The notes beneath the pieces were generated by a model. That model was not told the origin of the DNA. It made no database searches and saw only the letters and a program-made list of their open reading frames with translations. The position numbers and the translations under genes are program-made. A DNA stretch of 64,000 nucleotides from Candidatus Nanoarchaeia archaeon (lineage in GTDB: Archaea; Nanobdellota; Nanobdellia; Woesearchaeales; GW2011-AR9). Of the stretch, positions 18,686 to 27,968 are shown piece by piece (the stretch's first letter is position 1; each line of letters begins with the position of its first letter). The stretch lies in contig DATDYP010000011.1 of NCBI GenBank assembly GCA_035288985.1, positions 7,673-71,672 of the forward strand. Direction: 5' to 3'.

Positions 18686-20068
18686 TTATTTTCTCACTAA
18701 TGCAGCCAGAAGTACGGCTATCATCACGATAAGAGCAACCATGGTAACCATGATTGCAGCAAAAGCGAAATCATCGACAGTATAAGGATCTTCGACTGTT
18801 TTAACCACTGTCGAGGATGTGATCAGGTCTTTTCCGGTTGAAGGTGCAGTCGAAGGCTGTTCTTGCGGTGCTGCAGTCTCAGTAGTGTCTTGCTCCTCTT
18901 CTTGTACTACTTCTTCCACAACCTCTGGCTTGCAGTCTTTGACAATGATGTCAACAAGCTCCTTGTCAGAGAAGGTATTGTATTCATACAAAGCATTAAT
19001 TGAGAGTGGATACTTGCCGGTCTTCTGCCCTTCCTTCAGTTTTATGAGATATTGATAAGTATAAGTGTTGTCCTTTGCCGTTCCCCGTTGAATTTCAAAC
19101 TCAACATTATCATCTATGCCAAGTTCAGTATTAAAGATGGACAGAGCAGCATGTTTTTGCGTGTTGGTGCCGTAATTCTTGACTTCAATAGTAAGCATGG
19201 TAGTTCGCGAACAGCTTAGCTCGGCTGGTGAAAAGGCGACAGATTCGATCCTGAGATCATCTTCCTCCCTTTCTACCATAAGGGTAACATCCCATTGTGT
19301 TGAATATGCAGCTCCAGTACCGTCTTCACTTTCAACCGTGATTTCCAGCGTGTACTCTCCTTCATCTGCATCGCCTGGGATGGTAAAGAGAAGAGCGACA
19401 GAATCAAGCGTCTCCCCTGCTTTGAGTTCAAAATCTTCTTCTAAGTCAATATCATCGCCAAAATCGCTGTCATCCAGCTCGACAGTTATGGTACCGTCCA
19501 GGTCCCCTTCATCATAATCTTCATCCAGAAGGTTTCGCAGATCAAATTGCAATTCCACCTCATCGCCGGGAGCTAGTTCATCAAGCTCTTCCCCGTCTTC
19601 GTCAACTTTCTTCTCAGAAACTCCATTGACAAAAAAGGTAATTTTTCGCACTTCCAGCATTTGCTGGACATCCGTCTTGAGATCATAACTGGTTGTTCCA
19701 CTGGTTGTTTCTACTTTTAAGGTGCCGATGGTGTGAACTCCTGCATCAACGTCAGCAGGAACGGTTCCGGTGATGGTAACATCAGAACTTCCTTGTGCAG
19801 ACAATTCCAGTGTCAAGGGTGAAACAGAAAGACTATATCCAGAAGCTAGTCCTTGCAGCGAGATGCTGACGTTTTCTGTAGAGTCGCCAGTATTTTTTAT
19901 CGTTACTGTATGAGAGACATTTACTTTGTCATCATCATCCTGAAGATTGTTATAGCTGATATCAATAGTAAGATCTTCAGCTTCAGCCTCTACAGCTGCA
20001 GAAACAAAGCTGGATAAAAGTAGTACTACGGCAAGTACAAGTGCTATCTGTAATGTAGGTTTTGCCAT
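18686..20068 (-). CDS. Acidic cell-surface protein, paralogue of the upstream gene, with C-terminal TM anchor
   Basis: 460 aa with a signal peptide. It shares the domain style of 16640..18661 (DDLRIESVAFSPAEL..., acidic repeats, a Pro/Glu/Thr-rich stalk). The C-terminal TM helix is followed by LVRK. Confidence 0.6.
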   Translation of the reverse strand: MAKPTLQIALVLAVVLLLSSFVSAAVEAEAEDLTIDISYNNLQDDDDKVNVSHTVTIKNTGDSTENVSISLQGLASGYSLSVSPLTLELSAQGSSDVTITGTVPADVDAGVHTIGTLKVETTSGTTSYDLKTDVQQMLEVRKITFFVNGVSEKKVDEDGEELDELAPGDEVELQFDLRNLLDEDYDEGDLDGTITVELDDSDFGDDIDLEEDFELKAGETLDSVALLFTIPGDADEGEYTLEITVESEDGTGAAYSTQWDVTLMVEREEDDLRIESVAFSPAELSCSRTTMLTIEVKNYGTNTQKHAALSIFNTELGIDDNVEFEIQRGTAKDNTYTYQYLIKLKEGQKTGKYPLSINALYEYNTFSDKELVDIIVKDCKPEVVEEVVQEEEQDTTETAAPQEQPSTAPSTGKDLITSSTVVKTVEDPYTVDDFAFAAIMVTMVALIVMIAVLLAALVRK

Positions 20069-20183
20069 CTATGTTCTTATTTCAGGGTAGTACTATTTAA
20101 ATGTTATGTTACAAAAAAGGACACTGTAACTTTATCGGCAGGTATTGCGTAATTACCGATTTGCTGAGTCTCAGAGAGATGAT

Positions 20184-20552
20184 TTAAGATGTTCCTTCAC
20201 AACCTATCCCATCCTGGTCTCTATCAAATCCATGACGATCGGGTGGAAACACGCGAAAACCCCTATATGGAATGTCTACACAATCCAAATCAGGACCTAA
20301 AGAATCAAGACATAAATCAGGGTATGAAGGATCACAGATCTGCGCCGCTTGTAAATCTTGCCAGTATTCGAGGTCATCTTGCCACTTTGCTAGTCTCTGC
20401 TGCTCTTCCAGCTGCTCTTTTTGCAAATCTAACACCATCTGCCCAGTTATTAGACTTGGCTCAGGAACAGATGGAATAATTAAAACAATGATAAAGAAAA
20501 TTAAACAAGTTGCCACAACCAAACCCCACCCGAATTTAATCCAACCGCCCAT
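20184..20552 (-). CDS. Small membrane-anchored protein with C-terminal Excalibur-type Ca-binding motif
   Basis: Starting at the internal ATG 20552 gives MGGWIKFGWGLVVATCLIFFIIVLII (TM helix), a coiled-coil segment, and DRDQDGIGCE matching the DxDxDGxxCE Excalibur signature. A TATA element lies about 27 nt upstream. The longer ORF-track version would overlap the neighbouring gene. Confidence 0.5.
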   Translation of the reverse strand: MGGWIKFGWGLVVATCLIFFIIVLIIPSVPEPSLITGQMVLDLQKEQLEEQQRLAKWQDDLEYWQDLQAAQICDPSYPDLCLDSLGPDLDCVDIPYRGFRVFPPDRHGFDRDQDGIGCEGTS

Positions 20553-20673
20553 ATTCCAAAACTGGCCTACTTTAGTATATAAGCATTGTGTAAGAAATAC
20601 CGTCCGCCGATAAGTTAACAGTGTCCAAAAAAGAAACATATTAATAAAAAAAAAGGTTGAAAAAGGTTGATGC

Positions 20674-21195
20674 TTATTTACTGCCCATGTAAAAGAACTT
20701 CTCGACAGACACATCTCCTGCGGTATAATTTCCCAGGCGGGGATGGCTTTCACTTTTCTTCTCTTCCCCTCGCACCTGTTTGATTTCCTGCGATTTGATT
20801 TCCTGCGGCTTAACTTGGCCAGAACTGTCCCTAGCCAAGACCTCGCTGGCAGACTGAATGCGATTATAGGTCTGTGAAGTTCTAAGGTTCTGTATTTCCT
20901 TCTCCATAGCAGCGATCTGTTCTTGAAACTGAGTTATTTTCTTGACCAGGAACTTAGTGTTCTGCTCTAGGATGTCCTTAATTTTTTCCGGCTGAAGATC
21001 TTCCTGCGGTGATGATGAGTTCTTGCCCTGCTGCGGTTCCTGCTGCATGCGGTCGCGGATAGAATTATATTCCCCATCCTTGGCATGGAAAACTTTTTCT
21101 GCCTGTATAACAGCATCCTCGCGGTCATGGGCTAATCCCTGCCGCATCAAGTCAAGAGCAAGCTTGTTAATTTTCTGAATTTGTTCGACATCCAT
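20674..21195 (-). CDS. Hypothetical coiled-coil protein
   Basis: 173-aa ORF that is highly charged, with heptad repeats in the region LVKKITQFQEQIAAMEKEIQNLRTSQ. No family recognised. Confidence 0.4.
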   Translation of the reverse strand: MDVEQIQKINKLALDLMRQGLAHDREDAVIQAEKVFHAKDGEYNSIRDRMQQEPQQGKNSSSPQEDLQPEKIKDILEQNTKFLVKKITQFQEQIAAMEKEIQNLRTSQTYNRIQSASEVLARDSSGQVKPQEIKSQEIKQVRGEEKKSESHPRLGNYTAGDVSVEKFFYMGSK

Positions 21196-21301
21196 GTTGT
21201 GACCTCTTTAGTGTTATACTAGCGTTCCCTCTTTTGTTCTGCACCTAAAGAACGAGAAGTTATACAGGAGTTAATTAATAACGTTTTCCATACTGAGGTA
21301 G

Positions 21302-21352
21302 ATATACCAAAGGCAATTAATTTTCGAACATATCGAATTGCCTTTGTATATA
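21302..21352. promoter_or_regulatory. Near-perfect 16/17-bp inverted repeat (ATATACCAAAGGCAATT ... AATTGCCTTTGTATATA) with three TTCGAA half-sites nearby; candidate transcription-factor operator
   Basis: It lies in an AT-rich intergenic region upstream of the 20674..21195 gene. TTCGAA-type hexamers occur at 21323, 21333 and 21372, and CTTTGTATAT is repeated at 21341 and 21387. Confidence 0.35.
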
Positions 21353-21423
21353 CAAAAGCATGAATAATAGTTCGAATATTTTGTGCTTTTGTATATTATG
21401 AAAACACGATGATTAGAAGGGAC

Positions 21424-21645
21424 TTATTTTACAGCTGTCTGGCACAGGAAACCTAGAACATTAGGTATGACTCCTTTCGTGCTTAAGAATACTAATATGA
21501 GGCCGGCAACAATACCGATGGCTAAGCCCATGATGAAGAACTTAAACTCGATAATGCCTAATTGTCCCCTTTTTTCCATACTTTCAGGAAATTTTTTACC
21601 TATATAAATGTTTCTGTGCCGCAAAAAACTTTTATTTTTGGTCAA
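21424..21645 (-). CDS. Small hypothetical membrane protein
   Basis: A single predicted TM helix (FFIMGLAIGIVAGLILVFL). The start is uncertain; the internal Met at 21579 is also possible. Confidence 0.3.
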   Translation of the reverse strand: MTKNKSFLRHRNIYIGKKFPESMEKRGQLGIIEFKFFIMGLAIGIVAGLILVFLSTKGVIPNVLGFLCQTAVK

Positions 21646-21679
21646 AATATTTATAAAAAGATTTCTTTATGGGGTGTTT

Positions 21680-22069
21680 ATGGATAGGAAAGAATTAACT
21701 GATTATTTAACTGGATTGCCGGATGCACAGTTATATGACCTTAAAGAACTCTATAATGTTCTGGTTAGAGAAGGTCCTTCTAAAAGGGTTGAAACTCTAG
21801 CTATTTTAGAACCTCTGATGCCTGGCAGCATCAATCTTATTGATGCATTAGATGAGGCTAGTGCTTGGTATGCCCAGGCAGAATTTAGCGAAAAACCGTG
21901 GGCGAGGCCGTTTGGCGATACTTATTTAGGTATGATACAATATCAAAAACTGAAAGCGGAGGGAAGATTAGGCCCATTCACTGAGGAATTAAGAAGCATG
22001 CGAAGACGTATTGCTGGTGCAATACTTAGTTTACCTGCTTTTCAGCCCGATAAGGACGAGTTGAATTGA
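21680..22069 (+). CDS. Hypothetical protein
   Basis: The ORF is trimmed to the internal ATG 21680 (MDRKELTDYLTGLPDAQLYDL...). No recognisable domain. Confidence 0.35.
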   Translation: MDRKELTDYLTGLPDAQLYDLKELYNVLVREGPSKRVETLAILEPLMPGSINLIDALDEASAWYAQAEFSEKPWARPFGDTYLGMIQYQKLKAEGRLGPFTEELRSMRRRIAGAILSLPAFQPDKDELN

Positions 22070-22168
22070 CTTAGTGGATCCATCCAATTATCCACCAAAA
22101 CATTTATAAAGTATTAACGTAATTTATATTTAAACATAGCGGTGATGGAAGTTCTATAGGCAGGCACA

Positions 22169-23092
22169 ATGATCCGAAAAAATATTAAGGAATGCCCTGA
22201 ATGCGCAAGCAAGAACATTTTCAGGAACGTTGAGAAAGGAGAGACCATCTGCCGCGATTGCGGGCTGGTTATCGAAGACCGCATGGTCGATTTCTCGCAG
22301 GAATGGCGTAATTTTGAAGATGACGGCCAGACCGGCAAGGGCAGGACAGGAGCTCCAGCCAGCCAAACTCAGTTTGACCAGGGTTTAGGTACAGAAGTAG
22401 GCACTACAGCAGACTTTTACCGTTTAGGCTCAGATAAAGAAAGAGACAGGTTCTTCCGGCTGCGGAAATGGAATATTCGCATCAGCACGGCTATTGAACG
22501 AAACTTGAAAGTTGCCCTGGCAGAATTGAAGAGGGTCAGTTCATTCTTACGCCTGCCAAAATCGGTAGAAGAAGAAGCCGCGCGAATCTACCGGCTGGCA
22601 GTGCAAAAAGGCCTAGTTCGAGGCCGATCCATGGAATCAGTCGTTGCTGGTGCATTATACGCTGCTTGCAGACGGCATGAAATTCCGCGAACGCTGGATG
22701 AGATGGGCGAAGCTTCCGGTATTGAGAAGAAAGAAATTGGCCGAACTTACCGCTTTGTAACCAGAGAATTGGAAATCAGCATCCGGCCAAGCAATCCAGC
22801 TGATTACATTCCACGCTTTGCTTCCGCATTAAAATTAAGTCCAGAAACACAGTCAAAAGCAGTGGAAATTCTGGAAATGGCTCGGGATATTGAATTGACT
22901 TCTGGAAGAGGACCGACAGGTATCGCTGCTGCTGCATTATATGTTGCTTCATTGATCCATGGTGAGAAACGGACGCAGCGGGAAGTGGCTGACGTTGCCG
23001 GCGTAACTGAAGTTACGATCAGGAACAGGTATAAGGAATTAATCAAGAAACTGAAGCTTACGAAGGATGTTGAGAAGAGCAAGAAGAAGTGA
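22169..23092 (+). CDS. tfb: Transcription initiation factor IIB (TFB)
   Basis: N-terminal Zn ribbon CPECASKNIFRNVEKGETICRDCG, B-finger/linker, and two cyclin-fold repeats; 307 aa. Confidence 0.9.
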   Translation: MIRKNIKECPECASKNIFRNVEKGETICRDCGLVIEDRMVDFSQEWRNFEDDGQTGKGRTGAPASQTQFDQGLGTEVGTTADFYRLGSDKERDRFFRLRKWNIRISTAIERNLKVALAELKRVSSFLRLPKSVEEEAARIYRLAVQKGLVRGRSMESVVAGALYAACRRHEIPRTLDEMGEASGIEKKEIGRTYRFVTRELEISIRPSNPADYIPRFASALKLSPETQSKAVEILEMARDIELTSGRGPTGIAAAALYVASLIHGEKRTQREVADVAGVTEVTIRNRYKELIKKLKLTKDVEKSKKK

Positions 23093-23107
23093 AGATTTTT
23101 CTAGAAA

Positions 23108-23533
23108 ATGCCTAAGTACGAACCGACTTTAGATGAGCTGGATGAAGCTTGGTATTTGATTAATGAACGTATGGATTGGTATTGGGAAGAAACAGAACCA
23201 AGGAAGCATATGTTGTCCTTTGAAGCTTGTTATAGAAAAGGTGCAAGACATTTATCCAACGCGAAAAATTCAGATCATGGAAAAACTCTACTGAAAAATA
23301 TGTTAGAAGCTCCAAAAGCATATTTTGAGAAAGGTCTGAATCCGAGATTTAATGAGGTAAATGTTTTTGGCGCTTACGCCGCTGCAATACAACTGAATAA
23401 TGATTATCAAGCAGGCGGAATCCAGACAGGTAAACCGAAAACAGAGCCACTTGCCTTTCTAGGTCAAGATGATGTTGGAACTCTCCAGATAAGAATTAAC
23501 ACCCTCAATTATAATCCCTACACAATAAATTAA
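23108..23533 (+). CDS. Hypothetical protein
   Basis: 141-aa ORF immediately downstream of tfb; no recognised motif. Confidence 0.35.
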   Translation: MPKYEPTLDELDEAWYLINERMDWYWEETEPRKHMLSFEACYRKGARHLSNAKNSDHGKTLLKNMLEAPKAYFEKGLNPRFNEVNVFGAYAAAIQLNNDYQAGGIQTGKPKTEPLAFLGQDDVGTLQIRINTLNYNPYTIN

Positions 23534-23617
23534 TTGTTAGGAAAAAGTGTTACTTAATACTGAAAAGTAACTAACCACAAAAAAAATTAAAAAGAAAATT
23601 TTTGAAACAGCTTTAAA

Positions 23618-24664
23618 ATGAATATTTCACCGGAATTAAAACAGCAATTAGCTGAACAAAAGAAACAATGCGTTTTCTGTAAATTAATCTCCGGCGAAAT
23701 GCCGGATGCAAAAAAAGTTTTCGAAGATGACAAGACTATTGCTCTTCTCGATATTTACCCCGCCGTGAAAGGACATACCTTATTCATGACCAAGGAACAT
23801 TATCCCATGCCCGCATACATGCCTAGTGAGGAATTTAAACAGATGTTCTCACTGATCCCTAGCTTGGGAAAGGCAGTGAAAAATGCCATGGTCAGAACTG
23901 GACTGAATGTGTTCATCGCACTCGGCGGCGCTGCCGGACAACAGAGTCCACATTTTATGGTTCATCTCCTGCCTCGGGAAGATGAGGACGGCTTTTTCAA
24001 TTTCCTGTTTGGCAAGAAAGGAGAAGTCTTGCGTGAGGAAGAGCAGAAGATGCTGGCACAACATTTGTCCCAGATCATGCAGAACCATTTTGCCCGCAAC
24101 CCAGCACCCTGGCATTCAGGAGCTGGAAGTATTCCTCCCTTTCTGGAAAAAATCAAGGCAGCTTCTAAGACCCTTTATGAAGATGAGAAAGTCCTGTGCG
24201 TCTTTCCCGAAAAGAGCGCTGGAAAAGGACATCTTGTGATCTACAGCAAAATGGAAGAGAAGGAGATTGAGAAACTGTCACAGGAAGATGCCGCTCATCT
24301 CTTTTCCATGGCTTCCCTAGCCAGCACTGCTGTCTTTGAAGGACTGAAAGCGCAGGGAACCAATATCCTCCTTAAATCAGGAAGGTGTGACGATAATCTT
24401 AGTGGAATGTTAGAGATACACATACTTCCACGATGGCAGGATGATAAATTGCAGGGATTGATGTGGCAGCCTAAACAGGCCAGTTATGATCTGGATGGCA
24501 TTGCCGCAAAAATTAAGGACAAGACCTGGAATGTCAAGTACAAGAAAGAAGAAAAGAAAGAAAAAAGTGCTGAAGGAAAAAAAGAAGTAAAAGAAAGTAA
24601 GCCAAAACCATTAACAACTCCTGATGAAGAGATCATCAAGGCTATTGAGAGGTTACGGCAATAG
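23618..24664 (+). CDS. Tandem HIT-like domain protein with degenerate histidine triad and Lys-rich C-terminal tail
   Basis: There are two HIT-fold halves (FCKLISGEMPDAKKVFEDDKTIALLDIYPAVKGHTLFMTKEH ... HFMVHLLP, and a second half ending LEIHILPRW). The canonical HxHxHxx motif is incomplete in both. Confidence 0.5.
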   Translation: MNISPELKQQLAEQKKQCVFCKLISGEMPDAKKVFEDDKTIALLDIYPAVKGHTLFMTKEHYPMPAYMPSEEFKQMFSLIPSLGKAVKNAMVRTGLNVFIALGGAAGQQSPHFMVHLLPREDEDGFFNFLFGKKGEVLREEEQKMLAQHLSQIMQNHFARNPAPWHSGAGSIPPFLEKIKAASKTLYEDEKVLCVFPEKSAGKGHLVIYSKMEEKEIEKLSQEDAAHLFSMASLASTAVFEGLKAQGTNILLKSGRCDDNLSGMLEIHILPRWQDDKLQGLMWQPKQASYDLDGIAAKIKDKTWNVKYKKEEKKEKSAEGKKEVKESKPKPLTTPDEEIIKAIERLRQ

Positions 24665-24847
24665 CTTATCGTATGGATCCTGTTAGTTCCTCCGACCTAC
24701 GAGCGAGGACTAGAATTATCGTTAATAAAATCTCCGAGCGGAGTGGGGAGAACGAGGAACGGAGGGACGACTTTCAGATTTTACTTCAGGGAGAAAAGTT
24801 GTCCGTCTGTCGTCAGGAGGGCGGCATACACAAAGCAAGAATGATCT

Positions 24848-26362
24848 TCATGCTTTCCAAGGTGTTTTTCTTGGCATAACTAAACACAAAATTGTAGTTA
24901 TACCAATGATGAATAATGACGCTCCAACAATCCAGACAGGTTTATCAATAATGTTTCCATAAATAAAAAGAGGAAGTCCTACCACGAAGGCAATCAGAAC
25001 ACCCCAAAATACTCCTCGAGCGTCTAATCTATTCCAATACAGGCTTAAAACTGTAGGAACAACAACACAAGCAGCAACGGTGTTAAATATCCACCAAAGA
25101 TGTTTTAATCCAAAACCGGGAATATTCGCTGCTGCAAGAGCGACCAAAAATCCGAGAATAGTAATTCCAAGCATAGCTAATCGTGAGTGATGAACTCCTC
25201 TTTTATCAAGCTGAGCGTGAATTGCTTCTTCATCTTTTGTAAGAGCAATCTCTTTTTCAGCTTTCCCTAAAATTTTGCGCTCTTTATCACTATACTTTAT
25301 GACATCTATAACATAAAGTGAACTTGCAGCCATGACTCCAGAATCAAGAGTTGACATCAGGGCGCTTAGGAGCATAATAACAAATAGTATGACGGCTGCG
25401 GCAGGCAAAAACTGACTTACCGTTACAACACCAATAAGGGAAACATCTATTCCCGCAGGTAAAGAAACGCCTAGGCTTTGATTCGCTGCGAGAAAACCTA
25501 AAAGAGAAAGTGCAAGGGGAACGATACCAAACATAATTGCACCAAATACAAATGATTTAACAAGATTTTTCTTTTTAATTGCGAACGCTCTTTGCCAGTA
25601 TTGTTGATCTGAGATAGCTCCAGAAATAAGTCCAATCGCAGTTACTATCCCAAAGGAAAATGCTACGGAAGGGTCAAAAATATTTCTAAATTGTCCACTT
25701 ACTCCACCTAAGCCAGCATTTACTGCAGAAAAGCCTCCAACAGCAGAAAGAGTCCATGGAACAACGATAACCACGCCGAGTACAATTAAAATAAACTGGA
25801 TAAAATCGGTAACTATGGAAGCTTCCAGACCAGAAATAAAAGAATAGGCGAGAACAATAACCGCCATAATCACCATCGCATTAATGAGTGGAATGCCTGT
25901 AAGAAATGAAATGAGATTGCCGCCAGCAAAGAGCTGAACGGTAACAGCCATGAGTTGGTAGAAAAAATAAGGAAACAAATACATTTTGTGAACTTTACTG
26001 CTCTCCAACCGATATTTTATCCATTGCGGAAGCGTGTAACCATAAGGAAGTTTTTCTCGGATTTTTGGAGCAAGGAACATAAATAGCAATAAAGCGATTA
26101 TATTCGGAAACGTAAACCAAAAAATTCCAGGTAAGCCCTGCTGATATGCAAACTGTGTTGATACAAATAAGGCAGGTGCCCAAATCCATGATGCAGCAAT
26201 GCTCGTTGCACCAAGCCACCAGTTTACATTTCGTTCAGCAACTAAGAATCCCCGAATTGATTTGTATCTAGTCCAGCGAGCAAAGAAATAAGTAATAAGA
26301 ATCATAAATACGCCATAGGCAAGTAAAGTAAGATAACCTGTGGATTGTGATAAGTATGCCAT
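24848..26362 (-). CDS. Sodium:solute symporter family (SSS) transporter
   Basis: 504 aa with about 13 TM helices. An SSS N-terminal consensus is present (GFLVAERNVNWWLGATSIAASWIWAPALF). Confidence 0.7.
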   Translation of the reverse strand: MAYLSQSTGYLTLLAYGVFMILITYFFARWTRYKSIRGFLVAERNVNWWLGATSIAASWIWAPALFVSTQFAYQQGLPGIFWFTFPNIIALLLFMFLAPKIREKLPYGYTLPQWIKYRLESSKVHKMYLFPYFFYQLMAVTVQLFAGGNLISFLTGIPLINAMVIMAVIVLAYSFISGLEASIVTDFIQFILIVLGVVIVVPWTLSAVGGFSAVNAGLGGVSGQFRNIFDPSVAFSFGIVTAIGLISGAISDQQYWQRAFAIKKKNLVKSFVFGAIMFGIVPLALSLLGFLAANQSLGVSLPAGIDVSLIGVVTVSQFLPAAAVILFVIMLLSALMSTLDSGVMAASSLYVIDVIKYSDKERKILGKAEKEIALTKDEEAIHAQLDKRGVHHSRLAMLGITILGFLVALAAANIPGFGLKHLWWIFNTVAACVVVPTVLSLYWNRLDARGVFWGVLIAFVVGLPLFIYGNIIDKPVWIVGASLFIIGITTILCLVMPRKTPWKA

Positions 26363-26625
26363 GCAGTTAGTTCCTCTTTTCTTTGATTAAATAGTTTTTC
26401 TTTTTAAAGTTATCCATAACGTTTGCCCCCTGAGAAACAGAATTATAGGAAAAAATTTGGACGGAATGAAATGAAGTCGTTAAATCAACGTTATAGGACA
26501 GTTGCAGAGCAATTTCCTGCGTTTTTTCTTTTATCGATTTAACGAAGTCAGTCCCGTCAAAAAGCATCGGTTTTCCAAAGGAAAGAACCTCGTGAGGCAA
26601 TGTAAAAATTGAAACTAACTTCCAT

Positions 26626-27957
26626 TCAATCTCCTTCATATTCAACCAGATGAAAGAGGTTATACTTTTCTAATTTTTTTGAGCCTTGCAGATCTGGCAG
26701 ATTTATTACCACTGCCAATCCGGCTACTGTAGCATTTAGCTTCTCAACCAGCTTACAGGCAGCTTCTAACGTTCCACCTGTAGCCAGCAGGTCATCGACA
26801 ATCAAGACCTTGTCCATTTCATGAAGAGAACTCTTATGGATTTCAATTTTATCGGTTCCATACTCCAGGTCATATTCGACTGCAACTGTTTCCGCAGGCA
26901 ACTTGCCTTTTTTGCGGATCAAGACAAAAGGAAGATGCAGTTCCTTAGCCAGAGCTGCACCAAAAATAAATCCTCTTGACTCGATGCCGGCAACTTTTGT
27001 TATTTTTTTATCTTGAAATTGTTCTTTAAAGCGTGCAATGCAATATGCAAAGGCTTCTGGATTTTCTAACAAGGTTGTAATGTCTTTGAACATCACGCCT
27101 TTTTTCGGCCAATGTGGAACCGTCCTGATAACTGTTTTCAAGTCGTATTCCTCTTCTTCATCCTCTTCCTCTTGCGCCAGATTTTTTCCAGCGGCTGTGA
27201 AGGAGATCTTGGTAACTTTTGGAATAGTCTGCATAAGAAGTTTGATTACTTTGCCCACATTTTTTGTAAACACAGCTAATACTTCTTCATGCGTCACTGG
27301 AGCAACATCATCAAACAAGCAGTCATAATCGGTGCTCATAGCTACAGCTGCATAAGGAATTTTGGCTTCGTTAGCTAGTGCACATTCCGGCGCGATGGAC
27401 ATATTGATGACATCAGCTCCCCAGGAGGCAAACATTTTACTTTCTGCTTTTGTCGAGAAACGCGGGCCTTCGATAGTCACGACAGTCCCCTTCCTGTGAT
27501 GCTCCAATCCTAATTCCTGGCAGGATGTAATAAAGGCATTCCGTAATTCTTCAGAAAATGGCGTGGCCATCGGCGTATGCCCATGCTCTCCCGGAGAAAA
27601 GGAATCGTAAAAGGTCAGATCCCTGCGTCGGGTAAAGTCAATGAATTGGTCAAGAATGACCAAGTGACCCCTTCCAATCTCTTTCCGCAGACTTCCGCAG
27701 GCAGTTGTAGCTAAGATATGCGTACAACCGATATCCTTCAAGGCCTGGATATTGGCTTTATAATTAACTTGTGTCGGCGGTATAGTATGCTCCCGCCCAT
27801 GCCTGGCGATAAAAACAACTTCAGTGCCAGCTACCTTGCCTACCCGCAGCGGGGAGGATGGCTTTCCATATCTTGTGACCGCATCCAAGTCATGTTGATC
27901 TTGTACTTGTTCTATTTTGTACAACCCCGATCCGCCGATAATACCTATTTTCACCAT
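26626..27957 (-). CDS. Fusion protein: 5'-methylthioadenosine/purine-nucleoside phosphorylase (N-terminal) + adenine phosphoribosyltransferase (C-terminal)
   Basis: The N-terminal roughly 265 aa are MTAP-like (VKIGIIGGSGL, ARHGREHTIPPTQVNYKANIQALKDIGCTHILATTACGSL, VILDQFIDFT). An acidic linker (EEEDEEEEYD) follows. The C-terminal roughly 170 aa are APRT-like (FKDITTLLENPEAFAY, VAGIESRGFIFG, YDLEYGTDKIEIH, VLIVDDLLATGGT). Confidence 0.8.
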   Translation of the reverse strand: MVKIGIIGGSGLYKIEQVQDQHDLDAVTRYGKPSSPLRVGKVAGTEVVFIARHGREHTIPPTQVNYKANIQALKDIGCTHILATTACGSLRKEIGRGHLVILDQFIDFTRRRDLTFYDSFSPGEHGHTPMATPFSEELRNAFITSCQELGLEHHRKGTVVTIEGPRFSTKAESKMFASWGADVINMSIAPECALANEAKIPYAAVAMSTDYDCLFDDVAPVTHEEVLAVFTKNVGKVIKLLMQTIPKVTKISFTAAGKNLAQEEEDEEEEYDLKTVIRTVPHWPKKGVMFKDITTLLENPEAFAYCIARFKEQFQDKKITKVAGIESRGFIFGAALAKELHLPFVLIRKKGKLPAETVAVEYDLEYGTDKIEIHKSSLHEMDKVLIVDDLLATGGTLEAACKLVEKLNATVAGLAVVINLPDLQGSKKLEKYNLFHLVEYEGD

Positions 27958-27968
27958 GTATCATTACC

